From the IMG/VR virus record IMGVR_UViG_3300033121_001133, positions 73,380 to 137,379 of that record: a stretch of 64,000 bases of DNA. One strand, given 5' to 3'. The DNA is from a virus (Duplodnaviria; Caudoviricetes). Each line of letters opens with the position of its first letter. Position 1 is the first letter of the stretch. The notes under the pieces are model-generated. The model did no database searches. It was given only the letters and a program-made list of their open reading frames with translations, and was not told the origin of the DNA. The position numbers were made by a program, and so were the translations under genes. Of the stretch, positions 1-10,136 are shown in pieces.

Positions 1-1
1 T

Positions 2-160
2 ATCAGGCAGACGGACATATTTAAGGACCCTAAGATCCGAGGCCTAGCTAGGACCTTGAAGATTAGTCAGAAGGAGTTAGAAGATAGAGTATCTAAGCTA
101 GTTAAGAAGGATAGAGCCTTTCTTAAAGCCCTCGCCACTCAACGATATACAAAGCGATGA
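2..160 (+). CDS. 5'-truncated hypothetical protein (C-terminal 52 aa)
   Basis: Frame 2 is open from the window edge (IRQTDIFKDPK...QRYTKR) to TGA at 158-160, 7 nt before the next ATG. Confidence 0.6.
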   Translation: MRQTDIFKDPKIRGLARTLKISQKELEDRVSKLVKKDRAFLKALATQRYTKR

Positions 161-167
161 TTGATGG

Positions 168-3100
168 ATGGCGGATAAGGAGCAACCACAAGATCCGAAT
201 AAGAAGCCGATTCGAGAGGTAGGGGCTGAGCTGGGTGCGGACTTATCTAGGGCAATGGTCGCTGCCATAAACAAGACCATCGCAGCAACCAAGTTCAACA
301 GCCTCAACAAAGCCCTAATCAAAGGGCTTGGCACCATTGATGTGTCGAAGGCTCTTGATTTTAGTGGGGTAGAGAAGGCTATGATAGCCGCTCTAAAGGT
401 TGACATGACTGCAGTTGGCGGTAGCATCAAGGATGCCATCAAGTCTCAGGGACCAATAAACGCTTCGGATCTAATTGATCTATCCGGTCTCCAAGAAGCC
501 GCCCGCAGCGCAGCGAGGGTACCCAAGCCACCCACTCCAGATAGGACCTTATCGGGATCTGTGGGGGAGGACTTTAGTGATGCTCTAGTCGATCAGCAAC
601 TTCTGGTTCAGCGAGAGTTTTTAAGCCTGCAGAATGATGTTAAGGCTACCTGGGATCAAATTAGCCAAAAGGTGCAAGCCTATGGTTCCCTATTAGAGGA
701 GTCAGAAGGGCATCAGCTGAAGACTATCACCAGTTTGAATCGAATTCATGACCTGTCAACCAGGTTAGGTAAGAGTCTGGAGCAGCAGGAGGTTCGTGAG
801 AGGTTGGTAAAACTGAGTCGTGCCGAACAACTGGCAATATACACTTCAGCGATTAAGCTACAGCGGCAGGAGTGGAGTATGGCTGAGAACTTAGGTGACC
901 TCTACGAGCAAAGGTTGCAGTTGCAGAATAGGTTTAAGACTGGTCTGACAGGAGCATTTGCTTTACAGGCGACCGAGCTTGGCCTGTTAAAAAGAAAGGG
1001 CATCCTAACAGAGGCCGAGTTTCAAAATGCTCTGAGGCAGCTGAAGACTCAGCAGCAGATCCAGCAGGAGGGGCAGAAGGGATTAGATAAATTGGAGGCT
1101 CGAATTGTACGAGAAAGGGAGCTGAAGGATCTGATTAAGGAGTATAATGCACAGAGTGAGATACGTGAGAAGTTAGGTTCTCATCAGCATCATCTAAGCG
1201 AGCAACTTGTTCAGCAGGGTATGCAGTATGAGGGTGTACAGAAGGACATTGCAGCTATGCTGGAGCAGGAGGATCAGACTACAGCTGACTTGCTGCTGAA
1301 GAAGGTAATGGTTGGTACCGGGTTAAAGGACCAATATGCTCAGCTACTTACTACCCTAATGCTGGAAAAGCAGATTACTAATCTGCAAGATCCTCGAGTT
1401 GCCTCTCTAGTACGGGAGATGAAGCATAGGCAGCATATCAATGAGCATCTGCAACATCAGGTTGAACTAGAGGAGTCAATGGCTCATTGGCAACTGGAAC
1501 TGTTGGAAGAACTAGAGGAGTATGGTAAGGGTTGGGAGAAGTTGAAGAGTAGGGTGTTAGCGGTCGTTTCTGATCCCAAGTTGCTAAAGAGCTTCCTGAC
1601 AGTTAAGGGCCTTGAGGCTATAAAGGAGAGTCTTGAGGAGACTAAGGAGATTTTCGGTGAGTTCCGCAGCGAAGGTCTGACCTTTGCTCAATCTTTCCAT
1701 GAAACACAAGTTGCTCTAGGATCCATGTTCAGTCTGAGCGGTGCCTCAATGGAGGAGGCCGCTCATATTCAAGGTGCGTTGGTTAAGGAGATGGGTAGCA
1801 TGGACAACGTGACTAAGGATACTGTGGTCAGTGTTGGTAAGCTATCCAAGACTCTAGGGATAAGTGCACAGATGGCAGGACAATTGCAGGGTCAGTTGGC
1901 CAGCATGCCATTAGCTACAGCAGAATCAGCCACAGATACGCTAGAATTTGCAGGTGCCTTGGCCAAAGCAGCTCACGTCGCACCAGGTGCGGTGATGGAG
2001 GATATTGCACACAATGCAGAGGCTACAGCGACCTTCTCTAAAGACGGAAGTAAGAACATCGCAATTGCTGCTGTAGCTGCAAAGAAGCTTGGTGTTGAGT
2101 TTGGGTCAATCGTTAAAATGGCCGATGGACTGTTGAATTTTGAGAACTCGATCAACAAGCAGCTAGAAGCTAGCGTCCTACTAGGCAGAGAGATCAACCT
2201 CGATAGAGCTCGCGAACTAGCCTTGAATGGGGATTTGGTAGGAGCTACTCAAGAAATGCTCGCCAACGTGGGAGGAGAAGCAGAATTCAACCGAATGAAT
2301 GTGCTTCAAAGAAAGGCTCTGGCAGATTCAATGGGGGTTTCGGTGCAGGAGCTGTCTAAGATGGTTAAAAACCAGGACAAGCTCAACACATTGACAGAGG
2401 ATCAGCAGAAGGCCTTGGCCGAAGGTTCCATGACCTGGGATGAGATCCTAGGTAATGCCCAAGGTGTGGGATCCCGCCTATGGGAGGGAGCCAGTGCCGC
2501 TGGAGCTTTGCTGATCAATGTTCAGGCAATTGGATCTGGTTTGAAAGCATCTGTTGACACAGCCAAGGATATGTGGGCTGGTTTCAAAGAGGGTGCTGGA
2601 TTGCTTGGTAAGTTGAAGGGCGCTGTTTCTGGAGCATTTGGCAACACCCCAGAGGTAACCACCCCAGCCAAGAGTATGGAGGGCGTTTCTAAGACAGCCG
2701 AGCATACAGCTAAGCTAGGAAAGGCTGCAGAACAAGGACCAAAAGCTAAATCTGGTCAGGGAGTTAGAGATTTCCTGACCAACCTATCAGCTGGATTGAG
2801 GTCTATGGCTGGTGGAGATGTACTATTTGGAGCAGCGAACATGATACCAGCTTCTGTAGGTTTGACTGCAATGATCCCAGGTGCTGTTGGAGCTAAGGTA
2901 TTGGAGATGATTAAGGGGGAGAAGCTGCAACAAGCCTTGCAAGGATTGGCAACAGGACTGGAGGCAATGAGTAAGGGTAAAGTTGCTCTAGGATCTCTAG
3001 TACTACTACCAACCGCACTAGGATTCGCAGCAATGACTGCAGGAGCTATAGGCTTGGGTGCAGTAGCTCTACTAGGTGCACCAGCTGGATTAGGCCTATC

Positions 3101-3983
3101 GGCTATATCTACAGGTCTATCGGCTCTAGGATCGTCAGGAGCCTTAAAGGGGGTATTGGTATTGGGTTTGATGGGCGCAGCTCTAATTCCAGCTGCATAC
3201 GCATTCTCACTGTTGAAGGAGGTGGACGTCGATAAGATGGTTGCTTTCAGCATCGCACTACCTCTGCTAGGATTAGCTGCAGCTGGATTAGGAGCACTTT
3301 CCGTTCTAATACTGATGGGCGCTGTCTCAATAGGAGCGATTGGAGCGTCAATGATTGCGGTTGCTGTTGCGATGATGTTGTTTGAGAAGGCTGAGGGTGG
3401 CATCAACGTTCTACGTCAATTTACCTCCTCCTTGATAGCGGACGCTGCAGCCATACCTCTGATGGGTATGCTAGGAGCTGGTCTGGCTGCGCTTGGAGTT
3501 AGTGCGTTATTGGCCGCGCCAGGCCTTGGATTGCTGAGCTTGGTGCTACCGGGACTTGCCGGATCCGTAGCATTGCTGGGATCCTCCTTCATGGTACTAC
3601 AGAGTGGTGTAAGTCCGGTCATCGATCAGTTGACTTCACTAGTCAGCTTAACTCCAGGCCTGTATGGTGTAGGAGGTGGATTGATGAGCATTGCAGCTGG
3701 ACTGAGTGCCGTAGCCGCAGCAGGCTTACTAGCGCTTCCAGCTTTGGTTGGCATTGACAGCATAGCTGATACCTTTATAGGTCTAGGTGGATCAACAGGA
3801 GGTGGGTCAAGCACACAATCCACCGAAGTTGATACTGAGGCCGTAGAACAGAAGCTAGACCTACTTATCCAGGAGGTACGCACCCTGGTTGAAGTTGCCT
3901 CTAAGGGAGGTGTGGTTAATTTGGATGGCCGAAGAGTGGGTGATGTGCTGCGGTTAGGACTAAACTCTAGTGGAATGAGATAG
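168..3983 (+). CDS. Tail tape measure protein
   Basis: 1271 aa; coiled-coil N-half; phage TMP-like core (LLNFENSINKQLEASVLLGREINLDRARELAL); long Ala/Gly/Leu hydrophobic C-terminal region; C-terminal VNLDGRRVG; precedes baseplate-like genes. Confidence 0.8.
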   Translation: MADKEQPQDPNKKPIREVGAELGADLSRAMVAAINKTIAATKFNSLNKALIKGLGTIDVSKALDFSGVEKAMIAALKVDMTAVGGSIKDAIKSQGPINASDLIDLSGLQEAARSAARVPKPPTPDRTLSGSVGEDFSDALVDQQLLVQREFLSLQNDVKATWDQISQKVQAYGSLLEESEGHQLKTITSLNRIHDLSTRLGKSLEQQEVRERLVKLSRAEQLAIYTSAIKLQRQEWSMAENLGDLYEQRLQLQNRFKTGLTGAFALQATELGLLKRKGILTEAEFQNALRQLKTQQQIQQEGQKGLDKLEARIVRERELKDLIKEYNAQSEIREKLGSHQHHLSEQLVQQGMQYEGVQKDIAAMLEQEDQTTADLLLKKVMVGTGLKDQYAQLLTTLMLEKQITNLQDPRVASLVREMKHRQHINEHLQHQVELEESMAHWQLELLEELEEYGKGWEKLKSRVLAVVSDPKLLKSFLTVKGLEAIKESLEETKEIFGEFRSEGLTFAQSFHETQVALGSMFSLSGASMEEAAHIQGALVKEMGSMDNVTKDTVVSVGKLSKTLGISAQMAGQLQGQLASMPLATAESATDTLEFAGALAKAAHVAPGAVMEDIAHNAEATATFSKDGSKNIAIAAVAAKKLGVEFGSIVKMADGLLNFENSINKQLEASVLLGREINLDRARELALNGDLVGATQEMLANVGGEAEFNRMNVLQRKALADSMGVSVQELSKMVKNQDKLNTLTEDQQKALAEGSMTWDEILGNAQGVGSRLWEGASAAGALLINVQAIGSGLKASVDTAKDMWAGFKEGAGLLGKLKGAVSGAFGNTPEVTTPAKSMEGVSKTAEHTAKLGKAAEQGPKAKSGQGVRDFLTNLSAGLRSMAGGDVLFGAANMIPASVGLTAMIPGAVGAKVLEMIKGEKLQQALQGLATGLEAMSKGKVALGSLVLLPTALGFAAMTAGAIGLGAVALLGAPAGLGLSAISTGLSALGSSGALKGVLVLGLMGAALIPAAYAFSLLKEVDVDKMVAFSIALPLLGLAAAGLGALSVLILMGAVSIGAIGASMIAVAVAMMLFEKAEGGINVLRQFTSSLIADAAAIPLMGMLGAGLAALGVSALLAAPGLGLLSLVLPGLAGSVALLGSSFMVLQSGVSPVIDQLTSLVSLTPGLYGVGGGLMSIAAGLSAVAAAGLLALPALVGIDSIADTFIGLGGSTGGGSSTQSTEVDTEAVEQKLDLLIQEVRTLVEVASKGGVVNLDGRRVGDVLRLGLNSSGMR

Positions 3984-3984
3984 A

Positions 3985-5175
3985 ATGCCAGATCAGCAAA
4001 TACCATATTCACCTCAGCCGTTCGATTTCCGGCCGGAGTTTACCACCCCAGTACTAAATGTGTTGAGGTATCAGGCTGATGCTTTACTGGCGCTAACCCT
4101 TCCTAAGGTTAAACATGGTACGGCAGAGCTAATACCGCCTACCTACGCTCAGAATTTCCAATCTGATCAGGGAACAGTGCTAGCATTAAAGCCGTTGATC
4201 GGTAGCACAGCATTCTTTCAAACGGGTCAGACTCAGATATCTGGTAGAACGTCCTCAATTCAGCTTCTTAGTCCAAAGGCGTCAAAGTCGAGGTGGTCAA
4301 GTGCTGGTGGATCTGTCTATCCGATTGACTACAAGCCTAGCGGTCAGTATGACTCTGAGGGTCGTTCTATTCTCGATAGCTTGAGTGGGGCAGGACGAGG
4401 TGGTCAAGATACCAGCCCTCAGTCAGCAGCGTTGGAAGCCAACACAATAGGTAGATTCAAGCCAATTGGAGATGTAGGCTCTATTGGGCGATATCGCACA
4501 CTATCCTATGCGGAGCTGCAGCGCGCCCCCCGTGCAACAGTTAATCCTATAATACACACTGGCACTGTTCAAACTCGTGGAGTTTCTGATGTAGGGCTTG
4601 ATAAGGACTTTGTTGATCTAGTCATCAACAACATTCGATTTAGAGCTTACTTAACCAGCTTCACCGACACTTTCAATCCTCAGTGGACTGACTTACAGTA
4701 TATTGGACGTCAAGACGTTCTCAAGGTGTTTCGCGGGGTGTCTCGTACAGTGTCTCTAGGCTTTAAGACTGCTGCATTTACTAAGGGGGATCTCAAACTA
4801 ATGTATAGTAAGATCAACGATCTAATCAACACAAGTGTTGTAGGTAAGATTGACCCTCTATTTGTTAGATCCCCATTCAGCCAGATAACTCTAGGCAACT
4901 GGTTTATCAAAACCCCTTGTGCGATCACCAGCATTAAGATAGACAGCCAGCCTTCGGAGTATTCCTGGGATGTAGGGGATGTGCGCAGTAGAGGAGGATC
5001 CCTAGGTGAGGCACCCCTACCAAGCTCAGCCGGCTTAGAGGACGATCAGGCTAATTCCAAACAGATGCCTATGATCTTGGATATAGCGATGGAGTTGGCT
5101 ATATTAGGGGATGCTAATGGAAGAGTGTTGGGTGATACCACTAACAATATGTTCAGCGGAATACAACAGCTATGA
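3985..5175 (+). CDS. Putative baseplate/tail-tube initiator protein
   Basis: Directly after the TMP; FRAYLTSFTDTFNPQW...YIGR..RTVSLGF pattern typical of contractile-tail tube initiator-like proteins. Confidence 0.55.
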   Translation: MPDQQIPYSPQPFDFRPEFTTPVLNVLRYQADALLALTLPKVKHGTAELIPPTYAQNFQSDQGTVLALKPLIGSTAFFQTGQTQISGRTSSIQLLSPKASKSRWSSAGGSVYPIDYKPSGQYDSEGRSILDSLSGAGRGGQDTSPQSAALEANTIGRFKPIGDVGSIGRYRTLSYAELQRAPRATVNPIIHTGTVQTRGVSDVGLDKDFVDLVINNIRFRAYLTSFTDTFNPQWTDLQYIGRQDVLKVFRGVSRTVSLGFKTAAFTKGDLKLMYSKINDLINTSVVGKIDPLFVRSPFSQITLGNWFIKTPCAITSIKIDSQPSEYSWDVGDVRSRGGSLGEAPLPSSAGLEDDQANSKQMPMILDIAMELAILGDANGRVLGDTTNNMFSGIQQL

Positions 5176-5471
5176 ACCGATATCAGGGAGTAAAAACCAA
5201 GCGAGATGGTCAGGGTAGAGTCCTCCTGAAGACGGTGATTTATCCTGATATCCCAAGGACCTCGGAGGATCTCTGGGTTCAGACTGATTCTGGAGATAGG
5301 TTGGACTTGTTAGCTCATCAATACTACGGAAACGCTCACTACTGGTGGATATTAGCTCAGGCAAATGGCTTGGGTAAGGGAACCTTAGCAATCGAACCTG
5401 GGACCCAACTACGCATTCCCGCTAACCTTGCTGGGATACTAGAGCAGCATAGAAGGGATAATCAACAATAG
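5172..5471 (+). CDS. LysM-type baseplate protein (gp53/tail X-like)
   Basis: GDRLDLLAHQYYGNAHYWWILAQANGL...PGTQLRIP LysM-like motif; ATGA overlap with the upstream gene. Confidence 0.8.
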   Translation: MNRYQGVKTKRDGQGRVLLKTVIYPDIPRTSEDLWVQTDSGDRLDLLAHQYYGNAHYWWILAQANGLGKGTLAIEPGTQLRIPANLAGILEQHRRDNQQ

Positions 5472-5473
5472 CC

Positions 5474-7435
5474 GTGAGCAGTTACTTTGATCTTAAGCCC
5501 GTACCTGAAGGTACTAGACGAGAGCTTGCTAATCGGATTGGTGCAGCAGGAACAGCGTGGAATGCCACCAAGTTCCCGTGGGTGCATCTTCAAAGCATGT
5601 CTTCGGCTGGTCAATATCGAATACTGAAGAGCTACGATACTGGCCCGATCAACTCAGTACTATATGAGGCCAATACTCGCCTTAAGCCTATAATAACTTC
5701 CGTTAAGGTTAAGAAGCAGGGGGAGCTTGGTACTACTCGTAGATTTCAAGTCACTGTATTAGCATTTACAGATGAACAGTTGGGTGAACTGCAGCAGTCG
5801 TACTTCATACCTGGAATGTCTGTAAGAGTGCAGTTTGGATGGTCTCGTTCAGCTACCAACCAACCCGCCCCTGCACCATATGAGGATCAAGGGGCTTCTG
5901 AGCCTGTAGCTGCTTGTCAGATGTTGGCTAAGGCTCAGGCTAGTCCTATCTACGAGGGTTTGCAGGGTACTGTGGCGAATTTCACATACACCCTAACAGC
6001 AGATAACTACTGGGAGTGTACGGTTGAGGCAGTTAGTGCAGCTGAACCTGTACTTGGCACAAAGCTAACTAATAGTTGCTGTCCCTGCTCCCGCACTGAG
6101 AAGACAGCCGAGGGTGATTCTGTAGTAGTGCAGAAGCCAGTACTACACACATTCTTCTCAGACATTGCCACCAACTTTGCTAATCTAGACGCCTACAAGA
6201 GTCGGATTGATGGTCCTACCTCATTCTTTGGATTTTACAGCTATGAGGGGGAGATACGTAACCCAAATGGCACAGCTCCTACCATCACCGGTGGATTTGG
6301 TCAGGCCTGGAAAGCCCTTGTCAATAAAGTTGCAGAAGAAGCTCAAGAGACCTTTATATCATTTGGAGCGCTAGAGAAGGCTATTGCCGCATACGCCCTT
6401 CCCTCTACAGGAGGTGAAAACACCTTAGGTGTACTCGATAGCAGTAACATCATGATCCGGTACCATCCGGATCTGGAATCTGCTGATCCTCGTGTATGTT
6501 TGATTGGAGGTACGAAGAGGGTTCACAGAATACACAAGCTAGTTAAAGGGTCATCCTTGCCAAATGCCATTGATGGGGATAGAGTTAAGCTCTCTCACAT
6601 CATGCTTAATACTGTGTTCTTAGCTACGGCTTTTAACACAGCAGGGGACGATCTGAGATCCTTCCTTCAGTATGTGATAGACGGAGTTAATAACGCGTGT
6701 GGTAGTTTATGGGAGTTCTCAGTAGTCAGTACTACTGAGACGGGTTGTGGAACAGAGGCTAGAAAGCAGGTTCCAACCGTGTCTATAACAGACAGTAAGA
6801 TTGATACAGTGCCAGCACCTTATGTAGTACCTTCAAGGCCCTCCAATTCAGTGGTTCGCGATCTTAGGTTGGAGATGAAGATGACTGATGCCATGAAGAC
6901 TCAGGCGCTCTATTCCAATAGAACTGGTACATCAGGCAAGCCCTGCTCCAAAGGAGATCACTGCGCAGGAGTAACTCTGAAACCGTTTGGTCTAACTGAT
7001 GCCGTTACAATCCGTAATACTGCAGTTGAACCTGTTAACAAGACCGAGCAAGCCTGCGATTGTGCTCAAGTTAAGGATCCAAGCATTGTGTCTGACAAGA
7101 AGCTGACTCTGGATGATGCTTTTGGGTCAGACGGTCTAGCTGAGATGGTGACTAGCGACACGGTACAGAGTGCAATTACCTTACTGGTAGAAGCCTATCG
7201 TGGTCCTCAAGTGGAGGAAAAGGATAGGTGCAAGTATGTTAGTCTCCCTTTGGAGATGAGCTTTACAGTTGATGGAGTTGGTGGTTTTAGGTTTGGTCAG
7301 ATAGTTAGTTGTGATAGGTTACCACCTAACATATCGGATGAGTTCATATACCAGATTACTGCTGTTGAGCATGAGCTGACTAATCAAGACTGGACAACCA
7401 CAGTAACTACCATCGCAAGGTGGAATCCAAGATAG
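5474..7435 (+). CDS. Putative baseplate hub protein
   Basis: Position after the LysM gene; PGMSVRVQFGWS and C-terminal YQITAVEHELTNQDWTTTVTT beta-barrel motifs typical of hub proteins. Confidence 0.6.
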   Translation: MSSYFDLKPVPEGTRRELANRIGAAGTAWNATKFPWVHLQSMSSAGQYRILKSYDTGPINSVLYEANTRLKPIITSVKVKKQGELGTTRRFQVTVLAFTDEQLGELQQSYFIPGMSVRVQFGWSRSATNQPAPAPYEDQGASEPVAACQMLAKAQASPIYEGLQGTVANFTYTLTADNYWECTVEAVSAAEPVLGTKLTNSCCPCSRTEKTAEGDSVVVQKPVLHTFFSDIATNFANLDAYKSRIDGPTSFFGFYSYEGEIRNPNGTAPTITGGFGQAWKALVNKVAEEAQETFISFGALEKAIAAYALPSTGGENTLGVLDSSNIMIRYHPDLESADPRVCLIGGTKRVHRIHKLVKGSSLPNAIDGDRVKLSHIMLNTVFLATAFNTAGDDLRSFLQYVIDGVNNACGSLWEFSVVSTTETGCGTEARKQVPTVSITDSKIDTVPAPYVVPSRPSNSVVRDLRLEMKMTDAMKTQALYSNRTGTSGKPCSKGDHCAGVTLKPFGLTDAVTIRNTAVEPVNKTEQACDCAQVKDPSIVSDKKLTLDDAFGSDGLAEMVTSDTVQSAITLLVEAYRGPQVEEKDRCKYVSLPLEMSFTVDGVGGFRFGQIVSCDRLPPNISDEFIYQITAVEHELTNQDWTTTVTTIARWNPR

Positions 7436-7436
7436 T

Positions 7437-8117
7437 ATGGCAACCAATAAGACCCGCATAAATGGCCTATCACCTAGAGCACAGGACGGGCTCTATCTGC
7501 ATACTAAAGGAGGAGAGTTTAGTCTTAACGGTGAGAATTACGTCGGAGAGTATCATCGAGTAGGAGACCAAATACAAACCGGACCTACTCCCTCAAAGAG
7601 TGCACAAACTCTAAGGCGTCTATATACCCACGGCGATCATTTTGTCTACGACGGCTTATTTCAATTTGAGGTTAGGGCGTTAACGTTCAAAGATCCGGTT
7701 CCATACGTCCTAGTTCCAGCTGAGGTAGATTACGTTAGAGGGTTTCGCCAACGCTACTTCGTTCAAAAGCGGCATACCTTAGATGCCTACCCGATTGAGA
7801 TAGACCTTCCCCAGTATGAGAGGTTAGGTAGACAGGATGGTATTGATAATGGGCTGTATGCATACTGCAGTGTAGAGTGGAGGTTGGTAGGCACAAGAGA
7901 CTCAATAGAGCAGTTTAACCGATTGCAACTACTTCAAGGATCTAAAGTTGTGGTAGGGCTACCATACGCTGTTCGCAGTTTGTCTGAGTTTGGTCGTTTC
8001 ACTGACCTCCCCAATCCCCTATTGGATTCGGGTACAGTTAAAGTGCAGCTGGATTTACCAAACCTGGAAGACGTTAGGAGGTCAATTAGGCAGCACTACC
8101 TGCGAGATGTTGGTTAG
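7437..8117 (+). CDS. Hypothetical protein, probably virion/baseplate-associated
   Basis: 226-aa ORF contiguous with the baseplate genes (LHTKGGEF...YVGEYH). Confidence 0.45.
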   Translation: MATNKTRINGLSPRAQDGLYLHTKGGEFSLNGENYVGEYHRVGDQIQTGPTPSKSAQTLRRLYTHGDHFVYDGLFQFEVRALTFKDPVPYVLVPAEVDYVRGFRQRYFVQKRHTLDAYPIEIDLPQYERLGRQDGIDNGLYAYCSVEWRLVGTRDSIEQFNRLQLLQGSKVVVGLPYAVRSLSEFGRFTDLPNPLLDSGTVKVQLDLPNLEDVRRSIRQHYLRDVG

Positions 8118-8140
8118 AGCTTGATTTCGCCTTATAGTAG
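8109..8140 (+). promoter_or_regulatory. Putative Bacteroidota-type promoter (GTTG-N20-TATAGTAG)
   Basis: Member of a recurrent motif with fixed 20-nt spacing; immediately before the ATG at 8144. Confidence 0.6.
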
Positions 8141-8143
8141 GGC

Positions 8144-9475
8144 ATGATCTTGGATCACCCTACGCAGTTAACTCAGTTCAGAGGAAGGACTGTATTCTTG
8201 TACCCGGTGTATGGGGATCCAACGGTGCACCATAGGGAAGTTAGTCTATTAGCGGTAGTCCTCGTCGACGTGAACACCAAAGAGAGCTTCAGCCTAAGTT
8301 TCGCCCATCCAGATGGCTTATACCACCATCCGTTAGATCTAAACTTCCTAAACAACAGCGTGGTATACGCCTACGACAAAGACACACTGTGGCATAAGCG
8401 ACTAGATAAGCCTGAATTGATCGACGTGCAGGCTCAGTACTACCTGTACAGTAATCAGGCGTGCAACTTTGAAACTCCACCAATAGTCAGCTATTACGAT
8501 AGACTATATCCTGCGTGCGGATCAATTGGATCCTTGGTTAGTCTGATCAAGCATGAGGAGATCGCTCGCGAGCTGTGTCAGGACACCTTGGTTCGTGATA
8601 TTCAGCCTGGTCTAAGTTTCTATCAAACCACCCTACTACCAGCTTTACGGCAGATTGAGTCAGCTGGCTTGCAAGTGGATCGAGAGTTGTTCAAGCAGCG
8701 ATTCGATTTGGATTGCCGGCAAGGAGTCACTTACACTCAATACAATCCGTATACTACCACCGGCCGGCCGAGTAATCGATTCGCTGGAGTTAATTACGCT
8801 GCCTTGAACAAGGAGGATGGCAGTCGTGACTGCTTTATTAGTCGATTCGGAAATCAGGGCAGACTGGTTGAGATTGACTTCAACGCCTACCACCCTAGGT
8901 TAATTGGATCACTGGTAGGCTACCAGTTTGGAGTAGACAGTGCCTATAGGCAACTGGCTATCAACTACTATGGCAGCAATCCCTCAGCGGATCAGATTGC
9001 TGAGATGAAGGAGGCCACCTTCAGGCAGGTGTATGGGGGAGTGCAGCAGCAGTATCTATCAATTCCGTTTTTCTACGCAGCTGATCAATTATCTAGACAC
9101 CTATGGGAGCAGTTTGATAGGTCAGGGTACATAGAGAGTCCAATCTCTGGCCGACATCTACGCAAAAGCTCCTACACAGACATCGACCGAACCCTACTAT
9201 TCAACTACTTCATTCAGATGTATGAGACGGAGGCTAACATGCTCATTCTAAGCAAGCTACTCCCCCTAATACAGCCCATGCAAACCGAGGCTGTATTGTA
9301 TACCTACGATAGCATACTGTTTGACGTTCCGAGGCAAGAGCTTCCGGAGCTTGTAGGTAAGATTTTACCACAATGCATTGATCTGCAGACCTTCCCAATC
9401 AAAGTCAAGACCGGTGAAAATTATGGTAGTATGGAGGTTTACAACCCCAGTACCCTATTTATAGCAAATACATAG
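8144..9475 (+). CDS. Short, divergent family A DNA polymerase-like protein
   Basis: TTTGRPSN motif, motif A EIDFNAYHPR, motif B KEATFRQVYG, motif C YTYDSILFD; 443 aa. Confidence 0.75.
   Translation: MILDHPTQLTQFRGRTVFLYPVYGDPTVHHREVSLLAVVLVDVNTKESFSLSFAHPDGLYHHPLDLNFLNNSVVYAYDKDTLWHKRLDKPELIDVQAQYYLYSNQACNFETPPIVSYYDRLYPACGSIGSLVSLIKHEEIARELCQDTLVRDIQPGLSFYQTTLLPALRQIESAGLQVDRELFKQRFDLDCRQGVTYTQYNPYTTTGRPSNRFAGVNYAALNKEDGSRDCFISRFGNQGRLVEIDFNAYHPRLIGSLVGYQFGVDSAYRQLAINYYGSNPSADQIAEMKEATFRQVYGGVQQQYLSIPFFYAADQLSRHLWEQFDRSGYIESPISGRHLRKSSYTDIDRTLLFNYFIQMYETEANMLILSKLLPLIQPMQTEAVLYTYDSILFDVPRQELPELVGKILPQCIDLQTFPIKVKTGENYGSMEVYNPSTLFIANT
9456..9463 (+). promoter_or_regulatory. Putative late promoter element TATTTATA
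   Basis: Recurrent TA(T/C)TTAT(A/T) motif a short distance upstream of starts. Confidence 0.45.
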
Positions 9476-9480
9476 TTCCT

Positions 9481-9693
9481 ATGGGAAAGAGGGATAAGAT
9501 GCAGTTACTTCGTAAACTCATACGAAAGGAGGTACTGGCATATCTTGAGGAGCAGCAAAAGCTGCAAGAGATGACTGCCGATGAGAAGAAGGCCCAAGTA
9601 AAGGCTGATCAAGCTAACCTCGCAGCTCGCAAAGCTGCTCTAGATGCAGCTCAAAAGAAACTGAGAGACACCCAAGCTGCTACCACAGATTAG
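9481..9693 (+). CDS. Small helical protein, candidate internal head protein
   Basis: LRKLIRKEV...LEE..LQE N-terminus; preceded by the TATTTATA motif. Confidence 0.45.
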   Translation: MGKRDKMQLLRKLIRKEVLAYLEEQQKLQEMTADEKKAQVKADQANLAARKAALDAAQKKLRDTQAATTD

Positions 9694-9695
9694 GA

Positions 9696-10073
9696 ATGAG
9701 GTCCCAGTTACTCTGTACATTCACACACGCCGATCGACTGACCCGATGCATCGATGCTATCGCTGCGTTTTATAGTAGCGGTGTTGCAGATATGGAATGT
9801 TATGAGTATGTTCATCAACCAGACAGCATTGTCTGCATCTACAGCATATCACCATCCTCTAAGAGATTTAGAGATACAATATCAATCAACCAAAAAAGAG
9901 AAACGAGCACTTTCTACAGCATCAATGCACTCAATGGTCTAATTCGACAACTAAACAGTGGTATCCTCGACCGGTCTTACCGTATCAACTGGCACAACTA
10001 TGAGAATAGTCTCCTGCTGGCGGACGGCGATTACGGGTATAAAGCCATCCAAATATCTCGATTGACCCAGTAG
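9696..10073 (+). CDS. Hypothetical phage protein
   Basis: 125-aa ORF with contiguous spacing (QLLCTF...TFYSINALN). Confidence 0.55.
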   Translation: MRSQLLCTFTHADRLTRCIDAIAAFYSSGVADMECYEYVHQPDSIVCIYSISPSSKRFRDTISINQKRETSTFYSINALNGLIRQLNSGILDRSYRINWHNYENSLLLADGDYGYKAIQISRLTQ

Positions 10074-10074
10074 T

Positions 10075-10107
10075 GTTGCAAAGCTCCGTAGAGAGTTCGT
10101 ATGTTTA
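10075..10107 (+). promoter_or_regulatory. Putative promoter (GTTG-N21-TATGTTTA)
   Basis: Recurrent motif in the intergenic region before the SSB gene. Confidence 0.6.
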
Positions 10108-10136
10108 ATTCAAGTCAAACACAAAAACAGTAAGTC

